Origin: Macrostomum lignano
Taxonomy: Eukaryota
Direction of reading: 5' to 3'
Length of the DNA: 64,000 nucleotides
NCBI GenBank assembly: GCA_002269645.1
Contig: NIVC01000892.1
Location: forward strand, 284,925 to 348,924
Shown: positions 10,187 to 19,200 of the stretch, one piece after another
Position numbering within the stretch: the stretch's first letter is position 1
Layout: each line of letters begins with the position of its first letter
Position numbers and translations under genes: made by a program
The notes under the pieces: generated by a model
Databases searched by the model: none
What the model saw: the letters and a program-made list of their open reading frames with translations, nothing else
Told to the model about the DNA's origin: nothing

Positions 10187-11965
10187 ATGCAGAATTGCCG
10201 GCGCAGCAACACGGAGCAGCAGCTGTCAAAGGAGGTCTGGCAGCTGCGCAGCAACAATCGCTTCAAGACGGCTGGCGGCGACAGCGCCAACGCGACGCGA
10301 ACAAAAGAATTGGACGTTGGCGCGTCGCGGGTCCGAGCTGCCGTCGGCGGCAGCAGGCCGGCCAATGCGCGCGAGATTCTGCTGCAATTCTGCCGCGGCA
10401 CCAGCCTGCGCGGCATTCCAAGAATCGTGTCCGCCGATTCCGGCGCGGTCCGCCTGCTCTGGCTGGTGTCCGTATCGCTGCTCGTGCTTGCCTGCTCTGT
10501 TAACCTGTACTTCATCATCAAGCTGTACTTTGCCAGAGACGTGGTGCAGCTTCCGGGCCAAGCCTTCAGACCCGACGCCAAGTTTCCATCCGTGACGGTG
10601 TGCAACCAGGTGCCTCTGTCGCTCCGTGGCCACGGCCTCATCAACAGAAGAGGCTGGCGGCCTCCCAGAGAGTTCTGGAAGGCCGTGTGGAAGCAGAACC
10701 GGCAGTCTGTTGACGTCAATCTGAGTCAAGCCGATCGGCACAACCTGCAGGTGTACGCGCCTGGTTTCCTGTCGCTCAATGCCTATTTCGCCAACATCCC
10801 GCTGGGATTTCAACCAGCCGAGCTTGGCTTCTCCCAGCGGGAGCTCATCCGCAACTGCTTCCTGCTCATCCGGGAGCTGTCCGGCGAGCCGCCAGTGAGA
10901 AGTCCGAAATGTGCCGACATGGGCGAGTGGCGGAGGATCTACCACCAGAACTGGCTGAACTGCTTCACCTACACTGTCAGCGAGCACGTCCGGGATCCAG
11001 TGATTGAGCTGGAGATGCGGCTGTTCCTCGGCCACGATCTGGAAGTTAAATGCGACGACTGCATGAAGATGGACGTCAACACGCAGGTGCGAGGCGCCAC
11101 CATCGTGCTGCACCCCAGAGGCTCGTTCCCGGACGTGAGCAGGAACGGATTCAACGCCTATCCGGGCACCCTCACGCAGGTTCGCTTCGAAACCATCAAC
11201 TGGACTCGGCTGGGCTGGCCGTACGGCAGCTGCAGCTTCAACGCGCCGTCGTCTCTGAGCATCGGAGGTGAACGCTTCGCCTACTCGCGCGAGGCCTGCC
11301 TGAAGCAGCTCGGCCAGCTGCAGATTGAGGAGCAGTGCAACTGCACTTTTGCCTTCCTGTTGCACCGCTCGGCTAATCAATCTGGACTATGCGAACGACT
11401 CGACGGCGACATCAACAACTTCAGCGCCGAAGGACTGTCCAAAGCCCTTCGCAGAACGCGCTGCGCTATGAAACTCATTTTCCAGGAGGCGCACAGCCAG
11501 TGCCCGCAGCCGTGTAACTATCAGTCCTACCAGGCGTCCGCCACGCAGACACAGTGGCCCCGTCACTCCATGCAGCTGCACCTGTTCGAGAGCGAGCTGC
11601 TCCCCAATTTGGCCATCAACCTGACGCGAAAAGCTCCAAAGAATCGCACCTTCTGGTCACTTGAGGACGAAGTTCGAGAAGCCTACTTGGAGGTGAAGAG
11701 GCTGCATCAACAGGGCGGTCCAGCAGCCGCGGCGGACTACCTGAGCCGCACCGGCTTGGTCTCGCGCAGCTTCGTCACAGTTCGGGTCACGCGAGACAAT
11801 TTCCACGTGGCCCAGGTTGTGGACAAGCCGGTGCAGACTCTGGCCTCCACGATCGGTCAGGTTGGCGGCCTGCTGTCCATGTGGCTGGGCCTCACGCTTA
11901 TCTGGCTCGTTGAGCTGATGGAGCTGTCCCTGCGGCTGTTGAGACTGCTCTGCGGAACTTGCTGA
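10187..11965 (+). CDS. DEG/ENaC (amiloride-sensitive sodium channel family) subunit, intronless, 592 aa
   Basis: First ATG 10187 (MQNCRR). Motifs FCRGTSLRG, TM1 (LLWLVSVSLLVLACSVNLYFII), FPSVTVCN, NCFT, GWPYGSC, YSREAC, Cys-rich thumb (QCNCTF, QCPQPCNY), QWP, TM2 IGQVGGLLSMWLGLTLIWLVEL. Confidence 0.95.
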   Translation: MQNCRRSNTEQQLSKEVWQLRSNNRFKTAGGDSANATRTKELDVGASRVRAAVGGSRPANAREILLQFCRGTSLRGIPRIVSADSGAVRLLWLVSVSLLVLACSVNLYFIIKLYFARDVVQLPGQAFRPDAKFPSVTVCNQVPLSLRGHGLINRRGWRPPREFWKAVWKQNRQSVDVNLSQADRHNLQVYAPGFLSLNAYFANIPLGFQPAELGFSQRELIRNCFLLIRELSGEPPVRSPKCADMGEWRRIYHQNWLNCFTYTVSEHVRDPVIELEMRLFLGHDLEVKCDDCMKMDVNTQVRGATIVLHPRGSFPDVSRNGFNAYPGTLTQVRFETINWTRLGWPYGSCSFNAPSSLSIGGERFAYSREACLKQLGQLQIEEQCNCTFAFLLHRSANQSGLCERLDGDINNFSAEGLSKALRRTRCAMKLIFQEAHSQCPQPCNYQSYQASATQTQWPRHSMQLHLFESELLPNLAINLTRKAPKNRTFWSLEDEVREAYLEVKRLHQQGGPAAAADYLSRTGLVSRSFVTVRVTRDNFHVAQVVDKPVQTLASTIGQVGGLLSMWLGLTLIWLVELMELSLRLLRLLCGTC

Positions 11966-12000
11966 ATGCAGTATAACTAATATAATAATTAATATAATTG

Positions 12001-12270
12001 ATTACACCTGCCCTGCAATTGGGCCAGATGTGCGACCGACAGCTCAGCCGCAGCTATTGCGCAGCGCATCTGAAGGCTGCGTACGGCTGTTCAGTCCAGA
12101 CTGGGGGTCGCCATGCACACCCCCATAACCCCAGCTAATGCTGGCACCCATTTTACAGTTGGTTGAACTGACAATGCAGAGTAAGTGTCTTTTGCTCAAG
12201 GACACACATTGTTCCTGTGGAATCGGGAGTCGAACCCATGACCTTCGTCCGACGCTCTGACCACTAGGCT
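12001..12270 (-). mobile_element. tRNA-derived SINE, copy 3, just 3' of the ENaC stop codon
   Basis: Same body as the other copies, with a short deletion in the tRNA head; AT-rich tail 11971-12000. Confidence 0.9.
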
Positions 12271-12581
12271 GAGTGCAATGCATGTTGTGAAGTACATGTA
12301 GCTTTTGTGTCAATGTACATGTAGTCAAATGTAGTCAAATGTAGAGACAAATGTAGTCTCTTCAAAGCTGGATATGGGGCGCCCGCAGCCCTTTCCACCA
12401 AAGAAAGCACGAGCGTAACTAGTTTCCATAGACGAAACCTGAAGTTAGTGAATAATTATTGTTATTGATGCAATTAGAGCAATTGAAATTGAAATCAAAT
12501 GAAATTGATTGATGCAATTGAAATGCATTTCTACTTTTTAAAAACTCTAGTCTAGTTTATTCAATCCGTAACTCAACCAAA

Positions 12582-13337
12582 ATGAACATCAGTCTATCAG
12601 AGTCGTCAGCTTACAAAATCTGGAAAAGTTTGTCATTCATGTGCGAAAACTCGCGCCTAATTCCTGGACAAATGGTGTGCAACTTCTTCATCAAGTATCT
12701 GACAACGAATTCTTATTTCGCGAAGCAGCGCGGCGGCAAGACCAGCTTGCCATGGAAGTCCATGGTGAAGGCCAACCTCACTGAGCTAACTGTATTTCTG
12801 TCTACACAGAATTCCCCTTCCGATGCCGTGGATGAGTGTAAATTCCACAGGCTGTGGCAACTGATGCACCTGGATAACATGACCGTGTTCTTTGAGAAAA
12901 TTATCGAGCTAATTGACGAATCGGCACCCCTGAACGACTACGTGCTGACTAGTAAGAGGATGTTCGCTGCACTATCCAGTGTTGTGAAGCCAGAACAGGC
13001 CTCCGTTATTGACTTTCTGCACTACATCTGCTATTTCTATTGCGGCACTTCGCCAGGGTTTCTGCACAAGCACGAGACCATCTTGCTGCTGCAGGACATC
13101 TGTCGCGACTGGGGCACAATATTTGACAGGATTTACAGCTTCCTCGAGGTGCACATTCAGGGCGCGGTGACTAGCGAGCTGATTGAGACTCGCTGCCCGA
13201 TGCTGCCGATCGAGGAATCGGCAGTTCAGGAGGACAGGAACCAGGTTGTTGTTGTTTCCAAGGAAGATTTCTGCAATAACATGCGACAGAAAATACCGGC
13301 CGTGCTTTGCGGCTGCAAGATTGAAATTATCGTGTAG
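12582..13337 (+). CDS. Intronless 251-aa hypothetical protein, possible remote SWAP-70/DEF6 N-terminal similarity
   Basis: ATG in caaccaaaATG context; non-repetitive ORF with globular composition. LSESSAYKIWKSLSFMCE resembles the SWAP-70 ITEEDAFKIWVIFNFLSE motif (by eye only). Confidence 0.65.
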   Translation: MNISLSESSAYKIWKSLSFMCENSRLIPGQMVCNFFIKYLTTNSYFAKQRGGKTSLPWKSMVKANLTELTVFLSTQNSPSDAVDECKFHRLWQLMHLDNMTVFFEKIIELIDESAPLNDYVLTSKRMFAALSSVVKPEQASVIDFLHYICYFYCGTSPGFLHKHETILLLQDICRDWGTIFDRIYSFLEVHIQGAVTSELIETRCPMLPIEESAVQEDRNQVVVVSKEDFCNNMRQKIPAVLCGCKIEIIV

Positions 13338-13433
13338 CTTCGGATCTGATGCAGCAAACGGAGTGAATTCAGCATCGGTAATGAAAATATTAACTTAATT
13401 GTTTAACGGCAATAATCACCTGTAGCATTGAAA

Positions 13434-13897
13434 CAGGGGTTGGCAAACTCTGGACCCGATCAGGTCCTTTCAACTTCACAATAGCAATCCGACCCACTCA
13501 AAGTTTGTATCTTCTCTTCCTTTCTCTTTCTCACCAGGCCCGCAGCTATGAGCTTCATCATTTGCCTGGCTCTTGAGGTAAATTATTTCCTGGCTCTTGA
13601 GGATACGAGAAGAGAGATGAACTAGGAGTGAAGAGAGAAGAGAGAGGAGAGAGAAATGAAGAAGTTGGAGGTAGATGAGATAATTGAGAGGAGAGGATAG
13701 GAGAGGAGAGAAGAGAGAGAGAAGAGAAGAGAGAGATGAGAGAGGAGAGGAGAGGAGAAGAGAGAAGATTAGAGAGTACTGTAGAGAGGGCTGAGAAGAG
13801 ACGCAAACCGTGAGCGGGGCGCATCGCTATTGTGAAGTTTCAAAGGACCCGAGGGCCGGATAGAGAGGCTTTGCGGGTCGGAGTTTGCCAACCCCTG
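13434..13897. mobile_element. hAT(Charlie)-like MITE with GA-rich interior
   Basis: Perfect 17-bp TIRs caggggttggcaaactc (13434-13450) / gagtttgccaacccctg (13881-13897); subterminal IR ggtcctttcaacttcacaatagc / gctattgtgaagtttcaaaggacc. No 8-bp TSD recognisable. Confidence 0.8.
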
Positions 13898-14077
13898 ACA
13901 TAAATATACCTTTTAACAATTTTGGACATAAGTGAAGTTAATTTAGTCATTAGTCAGCTCAGTTCTAGAAAAGTGAGTTTGATTTAGTCAGCAGTCGGGG
14001 CTTACCATAGACTACTATAGTTAAGAAATGAAATCGATTTAGTCGAGTTCCTCTAAATCCGTCTTTCGTAACTTTTA

Positions 14078-14366
14078 CACCATTTTACCTCCTATTTTGA
14101 ACAAAGTCTTGTTCAAAAGAAACAAGCAGAACTTCAATTCAAACACTTTAAGAAATATCAGCCCTTGCGGAAATTCAATTCAAACAAAGTCCCCTTTCTA
14201 TTGAAACAGAAGAACTTCAATTCAGACTGTCTGTGGCCAAAATTGTCCCCAAATGACGCGCATGCGCAGATTTGAAATTCAAAAGAAACAAAGTCACTGG
14301 TTTGAATTGAAGTTCTGCTTGTTTCTTTTGAACAGGATTTTGTTCAAAATAGGAGGTAAAATGGTG
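14078..14366. mobile_element. 289-bp MITE, 67-bp TIRs, TA target duplication, nested in the 13907-15299 element
   Basis: TA|caccattttacctcc... (14078-14144) and ...ggaggtaaaatggtg|TA (14300-14366), 2 mismatches. Confidence 0.88.
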
Positions 14367-14467
14367 TATTAAGTCAAAGTGAATTTTATTTAGTCGTTAT
14401 AGCTTTGAGAAGAGAAGTAGTGAAACAAGAACGCAAACGAACAGACACAAGACGCTTCAGTTTTCAA

Positions 14468-15096
14468 TTAACGATGTCTTCCATGGCAATGCAACGGGGT
14501 TATGTACCTAAGGCTCTCACGATGCCAGGCTTCGCAATGAGGCTGTGTCACAGCTGCCATACTGGCCTCCAGCTCACGCTCTAGAATGCGGGCGCGGTGT
14601 TCTTGCAGAGTGATTTCAAGTGCGTTGGCAGCGTTTCTGTCGCCTAGCTGCCGCTGCAACTCCACTTGAGTTAGCGATCGCTTCAGTGATGCTTTCACAG
14701 AGGAGATGGCACGCTCCGTCATTCGTTCCTGCTTGATACGGCTTGATCCAGAGCACGGCTTATGGTTTGAATGGTGCAGGGTTGCCAGTCTGGGAACAAC
14801 ACAATCAAGCGTTGCCGCATGTCATTGAGCGTCGCGGTGGGCGTTTCACCAACAAATTCAACAAGCCTGTCGAGCATAGCTTCGGTTAAAGCTTTTGGCT
14901 TATTTCCTCCTCGTCTCGAGGCCTGGACGCGTCCACTTTGTTCGTATTTAACGATAACATTTCTGGCAGACTGACGGGAGATGTTTAGCTGTCTCGCTAG
15001 TTGCTGCCAATCGGCATTGCTAATAAAAGCGTCGATGAGTCTTCGCCGGTCCTGCTCAGAGATAGTGACTCTGTGAATGCCTGCAGCTGCCGCCAT
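14468..15096 (-). pseudogene. Transposase remnant: N-terminal HTH plus C-terminal helix region, DDE core deleted
   Basis: ISEQDRRRLIDAF...YEQSGRV...KALTEAMLDRLVEFVGETPTATL...ISRALD and TERAISSVKASLK...TLQEHRARILERE both align by eye to the 4597-5655 transposase. Confidence 0.88.
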
Positions 15097-16295
15097 GATG
15101 ACTAAATAAAATTCACTGTGACTAAAATCAAGTCATGGAAGGGTTTAAATACGTGGAACTCGACTAAATCGATTTCATTTCTTTACTATAGTCTATGGTA
15201 AACCCCGAGTGCTGACTAAATCAAACTCACTTTTCTAGGACTGAGCTGACTAATGACTAAATTGACTTCACTTATGTCCAAAAAATTCTTTAAAAGGTAT
15301 AGTGTTCGCAAACAAGAGTTTTAAGCCAGGTTATAAGCAGCATACTCAAAAGCAGCCCATAGCTTCTGTACATGTTCTATTATAGGTAGGTTGCATTTAG
15401 AATGAGGACAAGGTGTTTTTTTGTTTAATCCTAAGAGAAAATCATTTTCAATTGTCTTGATTTGCAACTGCCGTTTTCTGCTTTGCGCTGTTTCCGAGCC
15501 CATAGCTTCGATTTCTCCCCAAATTTAATGCAGAAATCTAAATATTTAATTACTATAAGCGCGAGATACGAACTAGTTTAATCTACAGTACCAATCTAGT
15601 TATATGGTTGAGCAAATACGACCGTAAATCACAATCCGTGTTGATCTTTAAAGTGCGTCTTAGATATTTTTAATGTCTTTCGAATCCAATCGGTCATTTA
15701 TTTCTCTTACTATGCCATATAATACGGTATTTCCGGGCTTTTTCTATTCTATAACAGATTTCAAGGGAAAGGGAAATGCCGGATCTCATATCTACCAATA
15801 TATTACGGTTGATCGATGGTCTGACCAGCCAGAAAATTATAATTCAGCACCCCAAGTAAATGGACATGCAAAATAGATTCCATTGCTGACGAATTTGGAA
15901 ACAGCTGTGAAGGTACAATAGGTAGAAAACCCGTGTTTAATTATCTAAGGGCAACTCCTTGCTTGCTTTATAGTTGGTGCAAAGAAGTACTGCACAGCTA
16001 TGTATTGTTACAAAGCTTTCCGCAACAGTCGTAGCATCAAACAAGCAACTACTAGAAATTGACATATGAATGGAAAACATGCGCACAAATGCTTAATTAC
16101 AGTTAATTATACTGCAAATAAAGTTAGACAGGCTGGTTAAAATTTTTAAACAAACAAAAATGCGTTTAGTTTTACAATATTGAATATTTAACACTAACAG
16201 TATGATAAACAATAGCGATTAATGTTATTATCAGTGTGACTGCCAAATAAAATGGTTAATTTGTGTCACAAACTTGCAGATTCATATATGCACCG

Positions 16296-19200
16296 CTAAG
16301 CCTGCTGGGATGCCAGCCTGGGGTCCGGCGGCTCGTAGCTGCCAGACGTCATAAAAACGTCCATGTTTCGCTCCAGGAAGCTGAAATTACAGGTGCAACA
16401 GAATTAATAACTGAGCAAAACATACCTGCCTAAATGTAGTGATGTAGCACTATTTGTTTCTCAAGTCAATTGCTGCGGCAATTCTGCAGAGTTCACCTGA
16501 CTCCTGAGCACCTGCATTGTAGGGGTTGCAGCCTAATGGTCAGAGCGTCGGACTCACGACTTGAAGGTCGGGGGTTCGATTCCCGATCCCACTCGAAGAA
16601 CAATTTGTGTCCTTAAGCAAGACACTTAACTCTGTGCATTGCTTCAGCTCACCCAGCTGTAAAATGGGTGCCAGCATTGGCTGGGGTAATTGAGGGTGAA
16701 TATGGCGACCCTCCAGTCCTTGGACTGAACAGCCGTACGCAGCCTTCAGATGCGCCGCGCAATAGCTGCGGCTGAGCTGTCGGTTGCCCATCTGGCCATT
16801 AGAGCAGGTGTAATCAATATTAGTAAGTAGGAGCTGCTGCAGTGTACATGTACACCCGAATATTCACGCCTGATGTTCGGAAGACGAACATCGGAAGACG
16901 CCCGAGGTTCCGATATATTCAATAATCTTTGCATTATCCCGAAATCCAGCCGACTAAATCCGATAATCTTTATGGCGATGTCGTACTTAAAGCAGGCACT
17001 GGATTAACACCGAGAGAGAGCTGGATTTACAAGCGCAGGATAAGATAAACATGCTCGAATATGGTGTTGGTCTGGTGTGGAGCAACTCAGCGGTAAGCCC
17101 GTCCACCCATATGCAATTCACACCCATATGAGGGTCATGCCACTTCCATGAGACACAACAATTAGAAAGTCAAAGGGCCGTTGTACACCGTCTGAGTGTA
17201 TGAGTGAGTATGAGCGTCTGTACTCAGGATGCGTTCTCTAGACAAATTCCAGGCTTTACAGGTCATTTCTAAGAAAAACCAGTGTAGCAAGCGTCTACTG
17301 CAGCTGTCCATGAATCAGACTGGGAGACATTCTCCCCCCCCCTAGAGGAGCAACTTGATCCAGACTTAAATATCTATCCCTATTAAAGGCAATTTTTTCC
17401 TAATGCATATAATAATCCAGCTGCAATAGACTACTCACAGTAGAAAAGCGTCGCAATAATCCAACAGCGTATTCAAGCACTTCAAATCCAGTTTAGTATG
17501 CGATAACAGATCGCCCAGTCGGACAAACAGCCTCAGCAGATGCATGCAGCCGTACAGACTGGCTGGCATCGCCGTTCTGTGACTCTTCAACAGAGAAGAG
17601 AACTGCTGTCGCTCATTGCTGTACAGCAGCTGACTGTTCAGCACCGTGTTGAAGTAGCTCTGCAGGCCGGCTACGAATTCGGACAGGCGTTCTCGTTCCA
17701 GATCGTCAGCATTGCTGATAGCCGATTGGGTGGTCACGAATCGGCCGAGAATGCCGGACACCTGGGCGAAATTGACAGATACTAATGGTGAATCTGGCAG
17801 TTTGACACACTTGAATACAGGGAGTAGCAGATTTAGATGGCAGTTTGACACACTTGAATACAGGGAGTAGCAGATTCAGATGGAAGTTTGACACACTTGA
17901 ATACAGGGAGTAGCAGATTCAGATGGCAGTTTGACACACTTGAATACAGGGAGTAGCAGATTCAGATGGAAGTTTGACACACTTGAATACAGGGAGTAGC
18001 AGATTCAGATGGCAGTTTGACACACTTGAATACAGGGAGTAGCAGATTCAGATGGCAGTTTGACACACTTAATACAGGGAGTAGCAGATTGAGACGGCAG
18101 ATTGAATGCTGAGAATGGCAGATTCAGATGGCAGATTGAATGCTGAGAATGGCAGATTCAGACGGCAGATCGGCAGATTGAATACTGAGAATGGCAGATT
18201 CAGACGGAAGATCGGCAGATTGAATACTGAGAATGGCAGGTTCAGACGGCAGATCGGCAGATTGAATACTGAGAATGGCAGATTCAGACGGAAGATCGGC
18301 AGATTGAATACTGAGAATGGCAGATTCAGACGGCAGATTGAATACTGAGAATGGCAGGTTCAGACGGCAGACTGAATGCTGAGAATGGCAGATTCAGACG
18401 GCAGATCGGCAGATTGAATACTGAGAATGGCAGGTTCAGACGGCAGACTGAATGCTGAGAATGGCAGATTCAGACGGCAGACTGAATGCTGAGAATGGCA
18501 GATTCAGACGGCAGATTGAATACTGAGAATGGCAGATTCAGACGGAAGATCGGCAGATTGAATACTGAGAATGGCAGGTTCAGACGGCAGATCGGCAGAT
18601 TGAATACTGAGAATGGCAGATTCAGACGGAAGATCGGCAGATTGAATACTGAGAATGGCAGATTCAGATGGCAGATTGAATACTGAGAATGGCAGGTTCA
18701 GACGGCAGACTGAATGCTGAGAATGGCAGATTCAGACGGCAGACTGAATGCTGAGAATGGCAGATTCAGACGGCAGACTGAATGCTGAGAATGGCAGATT
18801 CAGACGGAAGATCGGCAGATTGAATACTGAGAATGGCAGATTCAGACGGAAGATCGGCAGATTGAATACTGAGAATGGCAGATTCAGATGGCAGATTGAA
18901 TACTGAGAATGGCAGGTTCAGACGGCAGACTGAATGCTGAGAATGGCAGATTCAGACGGTAGTTTGATAGACTTAAAAAATCAAATTAAAAGCCAACCGT
19001 TTGCGAAGGCGGAGGCGGCAGGGCCAGCAGTCGTTTCTGCTTGCAGACCAGATCCGCATCATCGGCCAGCCACAGCTTCAGCGGCCTGGACAGTTCAATC
19101 TGAATGCGCAGTCGTTTGCCGGTGCCGCCGCCAAAAGCGCCTCCCGTACCACTGGATTCGGACGCTGAGGCATCCGGATCGGCCACGGCAGAGGACAGAG

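Larger units (their letters stand above)
13907..15299 (-). mobile_element. Non-autonomous IS630/Tc1/mariner element with ~145-bp TIRs and internally deleted transposase
   Basis: TIRs 13907-14051 and 15155-15299; ends TA|taccttttaa ... ttaaaaggta|TA. Confidence 0.9.

Noticed and set aside
10226-11380. 384-aa antisense ORF over the ENaC gene, and similar antisense/alternate-frame ORFs over other exons
   Set aside because: Shadow ORFs expected from GC-rich codon usage.
15321-15876. Short ORFs and an acceptor-like site downstream of MRG15
   Set aside because: No recognisable motifs or partner exons.
16523-16590. tRNA-like sequences (also 440-508, 3950-4017, 12215-12270)
   Set aside because: They are SINE heads: A and B boxes are present, but stems are imperfect, copies are diverged and each is fused to the SINE body.
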